Shown one piece after another: positions 1 to 7,598 of a stretch of 48,572 nt of DNA. The stretch is from an uncultured Planctomycetia bacterium (GTDB lineage Bacteria; Omnitrophota; Gorgyraeia; Gorgyraeales; Gorgyraeaceae): positions 95,161 through 143,732 of the forward strand of contig CAYPYS010000001.1 in assembly GCA_964415355.1 (NCBI GenBank), written 5' to 3'. A program made the translations under genes and the position numbers. Under the pieces are notes generated by a model. The model made no database searches. It was not told the origin of the DNA and worked only from the letters and a program-made list of their open reading frames with translations. The first letter of the stretch is position 1; each line of letters begins with the position of its first letter.

Positions 1-277
1 TTGCCTTTTCTACCAGATATCTGAAATCAGGATTAAGTTCAGGGCAACCTCCTGTTACGTCCAGCACAAGTCCCTTCTTTTTCGAAAGAAACCCTACCAC
101 ATAGTCCATCACTCTTCTGGACATGATCTTTGTGCCTTTAGGGTCCGCGTCTACATGGCAATGCACACAACGCTGGTTACATACATTGCCCAGGTTAACC
201 TGCAGGGTCTCAAGCTTGGTTCTTCGCGAAAACGCCTCGGATACCGTAAGTATATCGGCCTTAAAATTCCTCTCCAA
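1..277 (-). CDS. arsS: Radical SAM/Cys-rich protein, ArsS-like (N-terminal 92 codons; gene runs off the left edge)
   Basis: Own minus-strand translation from TTG at 277 (AGGAGG 5 nt upstream): LERNFKADILTVSEAFSRRTKLETLQVNLGNVCNQRCVHCHVDADPKGTKIMSRRVMDYVVGFLSKKKGLVLDVTGGCPELNPDFRYLVEKA. Has the CxxxCxxC radical-SAM motif and a TGG.PELNP motif. Absent from the ORF track, presumably because it is open at the window edge (it starts with TTG). Confidence 0.7.
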   Translation of the reverse strand, partial: MERNFKADILTVSEAFSRRTKLETLQVNLGNVCNQRCVHCHVDADPKGTKIMSRRVMDYVVGFLSKKKGLVLDVTGGCPELNPDFRYLVEKA

Positions 278-294
278 TACAACCTCCTGCTTTC

Positions 295-331
295 TAACTT
301 TACATTTCAACAATGTTAAAATGTAAACTTA
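295..331 (+). repeat. Palindromic intergenic repeat R1 (orientation A)
   Basis: TAACTTTACATTTCAACAATGTTAAAATGTAAACTTA. The last 3 nt are the stop codon of the 329-1012 gene. Confidence 0.95.
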
Positions 332-1012
332 GGGGCGGTTTTTCTTCTTAAGATACTTATAGAGAACGGGGACCAGGATAATCATTAATAAAGCAACAAC
401 TGCTATCAAAAATTTTCCCGAGAATATGTCCTTTACGCCTTCTACTTCTCCAAGCGTGCCGCCAAAAAAAGCAGATATCGTGACTCCCGGTATCAAGCCT
501 ACAAGGGTAGCTAAAAAATAATCCTTAAATCTTATCTTAGAAAGACCGCTCGCATAATTAAGTACCTCATAAGGCACTATAGGGATCAATCTAAAAAACA
601 AAATCGTCCCGAATCCACGCCTTTCCAACGAATTGTCCAGATTCTTAAACTTTCCTTTTAAAAATCTTTCTGCTATTTGTCTTCCGAAAAATCTGGATAT
701 AAAAAACGTGCATGATGTGCCAAGCATGGCCCCTATCATTAGATAAACGGCGCCCCAGATCTTTCCAAAAACTAAACCCGCAGCAAGAGAAAGACCGGCT
801 ATAGGCGGGACAATCGAAATAGTGTTCAAAGTATAAGCGATTATATGCACTATAACTGCAAACCGGCCAAAACCCTGTATATAGTCTCTTATGGCTGCTG
901 GGGTAAAGTCCTCCAAGCTAATGCATTGACACTTCACAATCCACCAGACCGATAAAATAACTGCAGCGCCTATAAAAACCCTTATTATATTTTTAAAAAT
1001 TCCCTTGTCCAT
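329..1012 (-). CDS. TVP38/TMEM64 (DedA-related, VTT domain) integral membrane protein
   Basis: 227-aa multi-TM ORF with family-typical FGKIWGAVYLMIGAMLGTSCTFFISRFFGR and LIPIVPYEVLNYASGLS segments. Stop codon lies in repeat R1. Overlaps the upstream gene by 28 nt. Confidence 0.8.
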   Translation of the reverse strand: MDKGIFKNIIRVFIGAAVILSVWWIVKCQCISLEDFTPAAIRDYIQGFGRFAVIVHIIAYTLNTISIVPPIAGLSLAAGLVFGKIWGAVYLMIGAMLGTSCTFFISRFFGRQIAERFLKGKFKNLDNSLERRGFGTILFFRLIPIVPYEVLNYASGLSKIRFKDYFLATLVGLIPGVTISAFFGGTLGEVEGVKDIFSGKFLIAVVALLMIILVPVLYKYLKKKNRP

Positions 1013-1638
1013 TTCGCAACCTCAGCATTTTTATTTTTCTTTAAAGTTCTTTTCAGCTGCGCAAGCGCCTTTACGTCATCTATGTCGTACCATCCTCTAA
1101 GCAACGCTATTTTCTTCTCTAGTTTCTTTGCATTTCCTATGGTAGCACTCAACGCACGGCTTGAACTCCATTTTACACCTTTAAATAAATCTCTACAAAC
1201 ATTTTTAAGCCCTATAGCGTAATAGCCGCCGTCCTGACTTGGGCCCAAGACAACGTCGCTTTTGGTGAGTTTTCGAAAACCTGCCTCGATAAAAGAAGGC
1301 AGCATATCAGGCGAATCACTGCCAATGATAATCGCCTTATGAGACTTCTTGTTATTTGCAAACTTAAAGGCATTGTGCATTCTCTCGCCAAGATTACGGC
1401 CTTTCTGTCTGTAGAATTTAAAGCCCTTGCCTATTTTTTTAAGAAAAGACGGGGCCTTGCTGGATTCGTATGCCATGATCCTTATGTCGCATTTTATACG
1501 CCGAGCAATATCTATGATATCCCTTAAAAACGCTTTATATAAATCCACGCATTCGGATTCGGAGAATCCAGGCAAAAGCCTGGTCTTTACCTTTCCTTTC
1601 TCAGGCTCCTTGGCAAAGATTATAAGGCAGGTCTTCAT
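985..1638 (-). CDS. DUF2064 / TIGR04282-type glycosyltransferase-like protein (family annotated as arsenosugar-biosynthesis associated)
   Basis: N-terminus MKTCLIIFAKEPEKGKVKTRL, plus IIIGSDSPD and GPSQDGGYYAIG motifs. ATGA overlap with the upstream GT2 gene. Confidence 0.7.
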   Translation of the reverse strand: MKTCLIIFAKEPEKGKVKTRLLPGFSESECVDLYKAFLRDIIDIARRIKCDIRIMAYESSKAPSFLKKIGKGFKFYRQKGRNLGERMHNAFKFANNKKSHKAIIIGSDSPDMLPSFIEAGFRKLTKSDVVLGPSQDGGYYAIGLKNVCRDLFKGVKWSSSRALSATIGNAKKLEKKIALLRGWYDIDDVKALAQLKRTLKKNKNAEVAKWTREFLKI

Positions 1639-2309
1639 CTCAAATCACCGTACAGCTTTTTTATAACCCTTGGAGATATTTTAAGCCAAAATAAAATATT
1701 CAACAAAGAATATAAAAGCGCAGTTTTAAATACACCTTTCTGCTCCCATCTCCTCGGAGAAACAAAAATCTTATCCGGCAGGACGACTGCTTTGCCTGTC
1801 TTGCGTAATTTTTTTGTAAACAGTACATCTTCCATCATCAAGACCTCTGGAAAACCGCCTGTTTTAATAAAGGCCTCTTTCGCGACGAATATGCCCTGGT
1901 CGCCGTAAAACACCTTTGTGATCTTCGCGCGCGCGTTTCCAAAGCCCTCGATAAATCTATAGGCAAACCCATCTTTTTCTATGCGCTGCGTTAGGCATCC
2001 GCCTATAACGTTATCTGTTGCAATAATATTTTTAATGGAAGATATCGTATCCGGGGTTACAGCTGTATCAGCGTGTAAAAAAAGCAGGGTATCGCCATGC
2101 GAGGCACGGCCGCCAAGATTCATCTGGAGAGCCCTGCCTTTTGGGGAAGATAGGACGCGTCCGTATTGAGATGCTATTGACCTGCTCCTGTCAGTGCTCG
2201 CTCCGTCTACAAAAATAAGCTCAGCATGCCTGGCCAATTCCAGGAACACAGAAGGATTCCCGGATAAAACCTTTTCTTCGTTATAAATAGGAATAATTAT
2301 GGTGAGCAT
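1635..2309 (-). CDS. Family-2 glycosyltransferase, TIGR04283-like
   Basis: IIIPIYNEE, FVDGASTDRS, LFLHADT and MMEDV motifs of a GT-A fold. Conserved SPRRWE tail region. Translationally coupled to the downstream gene. Confidence 0.7.
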   Translation of the reverse strand: MLTIIIPIYNEEKVLSGNPSVFLELARHAELIFVDGASTDRSRSIASQYGRVLSSPKGRALQMNLGGRASHGDTLLFLHADTAVTPDTISSIKNIIATDNVIGGCLTQRIEKDGFAYRFIEGFGNARAKITKVFYGDQGIFVAKEAFIKTGGFPEVLMMEDVLFTKKLRKTGKAVVLPDKIFVSPRRWEQKGVFKTALLYSLLNILFWLKISPRVIKKLYGDLR

Positions 2310-2322
2310 TAAGATTCGACCC

Positions 2323-2359
2323 TAACTTTACATTTCAACAATGTTAAAGTGTAAAGTTA
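2323..2359 (+). repeat. Palindromic intergenic repeat R2 (A)
   Basis: TAACTTTACATTTCAACAATGTTAAAGTGTAAAGTTA. The arsM stop is 8 nt away. Confidence 0.95.
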
Positions 2360-2367
2360 AGCGACTC

Positions 2368-3165
2368 TTACTTTGTCGCTGAAACTTTTATGCTTACTAC
2401 TGTCTTATCAATGACCTCTATCTCTTGGTCGCTCATATCATTAGCAAGATCACTGATCACTTTATCAGAACCTATATAATCAGAAACGCGCACAGGATCT
2501 TCTTTTATAATATTTACATCTTTAAAACCTGCCCTTTTTATTTTATTTACATAATCTTCCTTCTTTAGCGCCTTGGCAATGCATCCTGCCTGCATCTCCG
2601 GCGATTTTAGAATCTTGTCCGGCAAATCCGCCAGAAGCACCATATCCGACACCATAAGACGCCCGCCTTTTTTCATAATCCTGTATGTTTCGTCAAAGAC
2701 CTTTTGTTTATCATCTGCTAAATTTATAACACAATTGCTGATCACACAGTCCGCAACGGCGCCTTCAAGAGGAATCTCTTCTATATCCCCTAGCTTGAAC
2801 TCAACGTTCTTGGCGCCCACTTCTCTTGCATTCTTCCTGGCCTTCTCGAGCATCTCCTCTGTCATGTCTATGCCAATAACCCTGCCTTTTTCACCAACTT
2901 TTTTCGCAGCCAAAAACGCATCTATACCTCCGCCTGATCCCAGGTCAACCACTGTCTCTCCCTTTTTTAACGAAAGCAATGCCACGGGATTACCGCAGCC
3001 AAGGCCCATATTTGCGCTATCCGGGATAGAATCCAATTCTTCTTTTGTATAACCGACTTTTTCTGAGACACCCGGACTGTTATCGCTGCAACAAGTCGGC
3101 CCGCAGCAGCTTTTCTTTTTCTTCTTTGCAATGCCACCGTATGTCTTTTTTATAAACTCCTTCAT
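2368..3165 (-). CDS. arsM: Arsenite S-adenosylmethionine methyltransferase
   Basis: SAM-binding VVDLGSGGGID. Cysteines in CCGPTCC, GLGCGNP, ISNCVINL and AGCI contexts match the conserved ArsM cysteines. Confidence 0.8.
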   Translation of the reverse strand: MKEFIKKTYGGIAKKKKKSCCGPTCCSDNSPGVSEKVGYTKEELDSIPDSANMGLGCGNPVALLSLKKGETVVDLGSGGGIDAFLAAKKVGEKGRVIGIDMTEEMLEKARKNAREVGAKNVEFKLGDIEEIPLEGAVADCVISNCVINLADDKQKVFDETYRIMKKGGRLMVSDMVLLADLPDKILKSPEMQAGCIAKALKKEDYVNKIKRAGFKDVNIIKEDPVRVSDYIGSDKVISDLANDMSDQEIEVIDKTVVSIKVSATK

Positions 3166-3201
3166 CTCTCCTCCTATTTATTTTTGCGTATATTACATGC
3201 C

Positions 3202-3238
3202 TAACTTTACACTTTAACGTTGTTGAAGTGTAAAGTTA
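3202..3238 (-). repeat. Palindromic intergenic repeat R3 (orientation B, the reverse complement of A)
   Basis: TAACTTTACACTTTAACGTTGTTGAAGTGTAAAGTTA. Contains the stop of the PIN-PhoH gene. Confidence 0.95.
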
Positions 3239-4528
3239 GAGGAGTTCTGCGGCTAAGCTGGCTAGGTTGGAACGTTCGTTTTTATCTAAGAGCACATGAC
3301 CAAATATCTCCCGGCCCTTCAGTCTCTCAACCGTATAGCTCAGACCGTTAGACGAAGAATCAAGGTAGGGGCTATCTATTTGATATGGGTCGCCGGTCAA
3401 TACCATCTTGGTATGGTTTCCTGCGCGACTTATAACCGTCTTTATCTCGTGGGGTGTGAGATTTTGAGCCTCGTCGATAATGATGAATTGGTTGGGGATG
3501 CTCCTCCCTCTCATATATGTGAGCGCCTCCAGCTGCAGCAGATCAGTATCCACCAGGTCCTCTATCTTCTCTTTTCTCTTTCTGGCGCTTAATATATATT
3601 CCAGGTTATCGTAAATCGGGTGCATCCAGTTTATAAGCTTTTCTTCTTTTGTGCCGGGGAGATACCCTATGTCTCTCCCCATTGGAATAACAGGTCTTGA
3701 GACAAGCATCCTCTTGTAAGCGTGATCGTTTATTGTTTTTTTCAAACCTGCTGCCAGGGCCAGAAGTGTCTTGCCTGTGCCTGCCTGCCCCACAAGCGTC
3801 ACAAGCGTCACGCTATCGTCCATCAACAGCTCAAGCGCCATCGCCTGCTCCTTGTTCCTGGGCTTTATACCCCATACATTGTTTATATCAGATCTCATCG
3901 GCACCAGGCCTTTTTTCTTAATTGAATATTTTGCGAGCGCAGTATGCTTTCCTTCTAATGAATCCTTTAATAAAACAAACTGGTTCGGCAGCACCTCTTC
4001 GCCTTTTATATCAAGATATTTCTTTTCGTAGAAGCTAGTAACATCTCTTCTCCCCACCACGATCTCTTTCCATCCGCTATATAACTTATCTATATCGACC
4101 TTTTGTTTCTCGAAATCAACGGCTTTTATGCCCAACGCGTCTGCCTTGACCCTCGCATTGATATCCTTTGAGACAAATATGACTCTATTGCCTTTTCGCT
4201 GCAGCCCATACGCGATCATCAATATCCTGTTGTCCTTTTCTTTTTTTAAAAAACCTGACGGCAGCTTGATATCTCCGTCCATAACAATGCGAAGCACGCC
4301 ACCGGTCTTAAGCGCGACCCCTTCGCCCAGCCTACCGCGTATCCTCAGCTCGTCCAGCTTCCTTATGACTGCACGCGCGTTCCTGCCTTTCTCATCATTG
4401 TCCTTTTTGAATATATCCAGCTCCTCGATGACATCTATCGGCAGCACGACCTCATTGTCGGCAAATGATTTTAAGGCTGATGAATCATGGAGCAGCACAT
4501 TTGTATCAAGCACGAATATCTTTCGCAT
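3236..4528 (-). CDS. PIN-domain plus PhoH-like ATPase (YlaK type)
   Basis: N-terminal PIN (FVLDTNVLLHD), Walker A GQAGTGKT, PhoH core. Stop codon lies in repeat R3. Confidence 0.85.
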   Translation of the reverse strand: MRKIFVLDTNVLLHDSSALKSFADNEVVLPIDVIEELDIFKKDNDEKGRNARAVIRKLDELRIRGRLGEGVALKTGGVLRIVMDGDIKLPSGFLKKEKDNRILMIAYGLQRKGNRVIFVSKDINARVKADALGIKAVDFEKQKVDIDKLYSGWKEIVVGRRDVTSFYEKKYLDIKGEEVLPNQFVLLKDSLEGKHTALAKYSIKKKGLVPMRSDINNVWGIKPRNKEQAMALELLMDDSVTLVTLVGQAGTGKTLLALAAGLKKTINDHAYKRMLVSRPVIPMGRDIGYLPGTKEEKLINWMHPIYDNLEYILSARKRKEKIEDLVDTDLLQLEALTYMRGRSIPNQFIIIDEAQNLTPHEIKTVISRAGNHTKMVLTGDPYQIDSPYLDSSSNGLSYTVERLKGREIFGHVLLDKNERSNLASLAAELL

Positions 4529-4559
4529 ATATCTCCTTTATCCTTGTATCCTCCTACCC

Positions 4560-4596
4560 TAACTTTACATTTCAACAACGTTAAAGTGTAAAGTTA
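4560..4596 (+). repeat. Palindromic intergenic repeat R4 (A, consensus copy)
   Basis: TAACTTTACATTTCAACAACGTTAAAGTGTAAAGTTA. Contains the pfkA stop. Confidence 0.95.
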
Positions 4597-5679
4597 CGTG
4601 CCAAAGGAAGTGCCGACTGACAAAGCCGACTTTATTATAGGATCTTTAGGGCTTACTTTTCTAATCGAGTCTGTTGCGTCCTTCAGGCTGACCGCCCTGA
4701 CATCGCGGCCTCTAAGTGCTGTCATCTTTCCAAAGTCTCCGCGCATAACAAGATCGCATGCAAATGTGCCGAAACGGGTAGCCAGCATCCTATCGAACGG
4801 CGAAGGTCCTCCTCCGCGCTGAAGATGCCCGAGCGCAGTCACTCTTGCTTCAAGACCGGTCAACCTCTCGATGTCATTCGCGATCTTATTACCTATGCCG
4901 CCCAGACGCACAGGATCAGTCGAATCCTTGACGATCTTCTTCACAACCATCTTGCCGCCTTTTGGCCTCGCGCCCTCACTCACTACTATAATACTAAACC
5001 TCTTGCCGCACTTATTTCTGTCTATAACCCTCTTGCATATTTTTTTAATATCATACGGGATCTCCGGCAATACAATTACATCTCCGCCGCCTGCCACGCC
5101 TGCATAGAGCGCGAGCCAACCAGCATACCTACCCATCACCTCTATCACCATGACCCTGTGGTGCGACTGGGCTGTCGTGTGCAGCTTGTCAATAGCTTCA
5201 GTCGCTGTCACCACAGCAGAATCAAAACCAATCGTAAAATCGGTTGCTTTTAAATCATTATCTATAGTCTTCGGAATTCCAACCAGTTTAAGTCCTTTTC
5301 TATGCAATCTATAAGCTATGCTGAGTGTGCCATCCCCACCTATACACACAAGGCCATTGAGCCGCATCTTGTCTACATTTATCAAAACGCGATCGGAAAC
5401 GTCTTTAAATTTACCACTTGTAGTTTGATATCTGAAAGGATTTGTCTTATTGGAAGAACCGAGAAATGTCCCGCCTTCAGTCAATATGCCAGAAACATCC
5501 TCATAAGACAAAGGCGTGTATTTATTTTCTATGAGGCCGATATAGCCGTCTCTTATGCCTAAGACCTCGATTTTATAATCAACAATAGCTGCCTTCGCAA
5601 CCGCTCTTATAGCAGCATTAAGGCCAGGGCAATCGCCCCCGCCTGTAAGAACGCCTATTCTTTTCTTACTTCCTTGCAT
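4594..5679 (-). CDS. pfkA: 6-phosphofructokinase
   Basis: GVLTGGGDCPGLNAAIR, GGDGT, PKTIDND and MGRYAGW motifs. Stop codon lies in repeat R4. Confidence 0.85.
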   Translation of the reverse strand: MQGSKKRIGVLTGGGDCPGLNAAIRAVAKAAIVDYKIEVLGIRDGYIGLIENKYTPLSYEDVSGILTEGGTFLGSSNKTNPFRYQTTSGKFKDVSDRVLINVDKMRLNGLVCIGGDGTLSIAYRLHRKGLKLVGIPKTIDNDLKATDFTIGFDSAVVTATEAIDKLHTTAQSHHRVMVIEVMGRYAGWLALYAGVAGGGDVIVLPEIPYDIKKICKRVIDRNKCGKRFSIIVVSEGARPKGGKMVVKKIVKDSTDPVRLGGIGNKIANDIERLTGLEARVTALGHLQRGGGPSPFDRMLATRFGTFACDLVMRGDFGKMTALRGRDVRAVSLKDATDSIRKVSPKDPIIKSALSVGTSFGT

Positions 5680-5734
5680 GGCGCTTGCCTTTTCTCTTCT
5701 TCTTAAGCTTCGCCCTTCTGTTACGTCGCGTCAT
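5666..5734 (-). CDS. Possible 22-codon highly basic micro-ORF (MTRRNRRAKLKKKRKGKRHARK)
   Basis: Own translation. AGGAG lies 4 nt upstream of the ATG at 5734. TAA at 5666-5668 overlaps the pfkA start by 14 nt. Below the ORF-track length cut-off. Confidence 0.25.
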   Translation of the reverse strand: MTRRNRRAKLKKKRKGKRHARK

Positions 5735-5749
5735 TTTTCTCCTTTTCTG

Positions 5750-6115
5750 CTACAAGCTCTTCATTGAAACAAGTATGCCCTTGTGGTATAACTCCAATCG
5801 ATAATCTTTTATGTATCCGTACCTGTCTCTATAAACCCTCGGTACGTTTATCTGTGTCTTGTGCCAACCTCTCTTGATATTGTTGAGGCCTGAACTTGAA
5901 AATGAAAGTTCCGCGCCCTTGCTAAAAGAACAAAAAAGCTTAAATACAAGACCATCCGTCCATTCGTCTTTCGTTTTATAATTTATCTTAAAAATATACC
6001 CTTTGGAACTGCGGATCTTTGAGAGGGTTTCAATGACAGACGTAGCTGCATGAGTCGAGCACGCTAAAGAGAGAAAAATAATTATTGTTATTAAACAACA
6101 AAATGCCCTACGCAT
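5750..6115 (-). CDS. Small secreted protein of unknown family (paralog A)
   Basis: 121 aa with signal peptide MRRAFCCLITIIIFLSLACSTHA. Shares INY.T.D.WTD, SS.LNN..GWHKTQI and LY..G.L blocks with the ORF at 6172-6561. Has its own near-consensus promoter. Confidence 0.7.
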   Translation of the reverse strand: MRRAFCCLITIIIFLSLACSTHAATSVIETLSKIRSSKGYIFKINYKTKDEWTDGLVFKLFCSFSKGAELSFSSSGLNNIKRGWHKTQINVPRVYRDRYGYIKDYRLELYHKGILVSMKSL

Positions 6116-6127
6116 ATATACATTTGA

Positions 6128-6156
6128 ATTATACTGTCAGGCTAGATAATAGTCAA
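6128..6156 (-). promoter_or_regulatory. sigma70-type promoter of paralog A
   Basis: TTGACT-N17-TATAAT on the minus strand. The -10 ends 12 nt before the ATG at 6115 and no SD is present. Confidence 0.7.
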
Positions 6157-6171
6157 GATTTTTTGGAAGGC

Positions 6172-6561
6172 TTAATAATTTTTCTTGCTGTCAATAAGCA
6201 CGCCGTTTTTATAGAGGTCGATCTTGTATTCACGCAAGGAACCGTATCTTTTTTTCATGGTGTCTGAGATCGCTATCTGCGTCTTGTGCCAACCCTTCTC
6301 AACGTTATTAAGGGAACTGCTGGCAAATGTAAACTCTCCTCTGTCAAACTTACAATGGACCTTAAAAAGAAGATTATCAGTCCATTTATCGCGCGTCTGA
6401 TAGTTTATAAGAATAACGTACCCGCCCATTCTATGGATCTTCATGGCGCCTTTTATGGCCACTGAATCTGCAAATGAATTTTGTAGGGGGAATGACAGGA
6501 CAGAGATCAGCGTTGCAAAAATTATTAAAAATTTCGCGATTTTCACTCGTGGCAAGCACAT
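6172..6561 (-). CDS. Small secreted protein of unknown family (paralog B)
   Basis: The track ORF starts at 6597. I prefer the ATG at 6561 (MCLPRVKIAKFLIIFATLISVLS...) because AGGAAGGA lies 7 nt upstream, whereas the 6597 ATG abuts a U7 tract. Roughly half the residues are identical to paralog A, by eye. Confidence 0.65.
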   Translation of the reverse strand: MCLPRVKIAKFLIIFATLISVLSFPLQNSFADSVAIKGAMKIHRMGGYVILINYQTRDKWTDNLLFKVHCKFDRGEFTFASSSLNNVEKGWHKTQIAISDTMKKRYGSLREYKIDLYKNGVLIDSKKNY

Positions 6562-6604
6562 ACTTTCATCCTTCCTAATATGCCCTAAAATGAGCATAAA
6601 AAAA

Positions 6605-6718
6605 TCGAAGGAATGGGTACGCGGTCTTTCGGCAACCCAGCCGCCTTACCCTAACTGGCTTAGGCCTGTGGCTTTGCGTCCCAATCTTTCGATCAGTTTG
6701 CCTTTTCGGTTTTACCCG
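6605..6718 (-). promoter_or_regulatory. c-di-GMP-I (GEMM-I) riboswitch upstream of secreted-protein paralog B
   Basis: Minus-strand RNA: GGGUAAAACCGAAAAGGCAAACUGAUCGAAAGAUUGGGACGCAAAGCCACAGGCCUAAGCCAGUUAGGGUAAGGCGGCUGGGUUGCCGAAAGACCGCGUACCC. It contains the GEMM-I hallmarks as I remember them from the V. cholerae Vc2 aptamer: GGCAAAC, a GAAA-capped hairpin, GGGACGCAAAGCC, the CCUAAG...UAAGG tetraloop-receptor halves, and GGGUUGCC closing P1. A U7 tract (6598-6604) and an anti-SD-like UCCUUC follow. Confidence 0.85.
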
Positions 6719-6736
6719 AAAATTAATAAAGACTTT

Positions 6737-7531
6737 TTAGAGGAACTCGATCTGGGAAGGATCATTAAGGATTATCTCGCAATCGCCTTTATATTCTTTG
6801 ATTACGCCATAGACCCTTATTGTCTTATGCTTGAAATAGGTATCCGGAGAGCGCGAAGCCATTTTGGGGAAATACCCTAGATTATTTTTGAATATAACGA
6901 CCTTAAAATTGCCCAGGCAGTTCAATGTCAAGACGCGATCTGATAAATAAGTGCTTAGCACCCTGGCCTCCACCATTCTAATCATGCCTACATTATCCTG
7001 GGCCTCATAGGGCGATATAATTTTTTCTTCCATTTCGCCCCATAGCCCCCTGTTGTCTTCCCTGGCCTCTTTTTGGGCAACCAAAAAATCATCCACATGT
7101 TTCACGTTCGGAGGATAAGTATATATCATCGCATAACCCTGCCTGACCATTTCCATATTAGCCATAACATCATCCTGATACACATACGCGAGGATACGGC
7201 CATATTTATCTCTCTTTTGGACATCGAATTTCAACCTGATATCCTTCCCTTCCACAAGCTTGCGATTAAAATCCTTTGCCTCCTCTGCATAGGGCATCGG
7301 GTCGTAAATCCATCCAGCGCCTTTTCTCTTTCGCAGCTCAGGCGTATCTATTCCTATATAACGCACCTTCTCGCCGCTGGAAAGCTCTAAAGTATCGCCG
7401 TCGACTACATGCGACACGTAAACGTCTTTATTATAATCTGCGAAATGAAGCGGCAAGCGCTGCAAAAGCCTTACTATTGCAAAGCCGGCAACAAGAAAAA
7501 CTATTATTATCAGAATGCATTTTTTCTTCAT
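6737..7531 (-). CDS. Thermonuclease (SNase) family nuclease with N-terminal signal/anchor and an extra C-terminal domain
   Basis: HVVDGDTLELSSGEKVRYIGIDTPE, KDIRLKFD...RDKYGRILAYVY and GLWG motifs of staphylococcal-nuclease-like proteins. Hydrophobic N-terminus. Confidence 0.8.
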   Translation of the reverse strand: MKKKCILIIIVFLVAGFAIVRLLQRLPLHFADYNKDVYVSHVVDGDTLELSSGEKVRYIGIDTPELRKRKGAGWIYDPMPYAEEAKDFNRKLVEGKDIRLKFDVQKRDKYGRILAYVYQDDVMANMEMVRQGYAMIYTYPPNVKHVDDFLVAQKEAREDNRGLWGEMEEKIISPYEAQDNVGMIRMVEARVLSTYLSDRVLTLNCLGNFKVVIFKNNLGYFPKMASRSPDTYFKHKTIRVYGVIKEYKGDCEIILNDPSQIEFL

Positions 7532-7556
7532 AATAAATAAACCTCTGACTCTGAGT

Positions 7557-7584
7557 AGGCTTGAAAAAAGCCTCTTTATTTTTT
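7557..7584 (+). terminator. Intrinsic-terminator-like hairpin oriented on the plus strand (antisense to local genes)
   Basis: AGGCTT-GAAAA-AAGCCT followed by CTTTATTTTTT. On the minus strand no U tract follows the hairpin. Confidence 0.4.
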
Positions 7585-7598
7585 GCGGGCACCGTGCC

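Noticed and set aside
123-326. Track ORFs ending or starting with LTLHFNNVK(M/V) or MLKCKV (123-326, 19923-20150, 22737-23285, 35489-35845, 37434-37616)
   Set aside because: These termini are simply translations of the repeat. The ORFs are antisense shadows of, or overlap, well-supported genes and have no independent coding evidence.
3236-4528. PIN-domain proteins (3236-4528 and 44221-45240) as toxin-antitoxin or defence components
   Set aside because: Both match conserved housekeeping architectures (PIN-PhoH YlaK type, and PIN-TRAM YacL type next to ispD). They have no adjacent small antitoxin-like gene.
4560-4596. Repeat as a portable sigma70 promoter (TTTACA as -35, TAAAGT as -10)
   Set aside because: The spacing between the two hexamers is 19 nt and the -10 is weak. 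The clear promoters in the window lie outside the repeats. This can only be settled by TSS mapping.
6562-6597. Upstream ATG at 6597 for secreted paralog B, and TTG at 18165 for the OMP gene
   Set aside because: The 6597 ATG directly follows the riboswitch U tract with no SD, and it adds 12 residues before the signal peptide. The stretch 18165-18194 overlaps the promoter hexamers.
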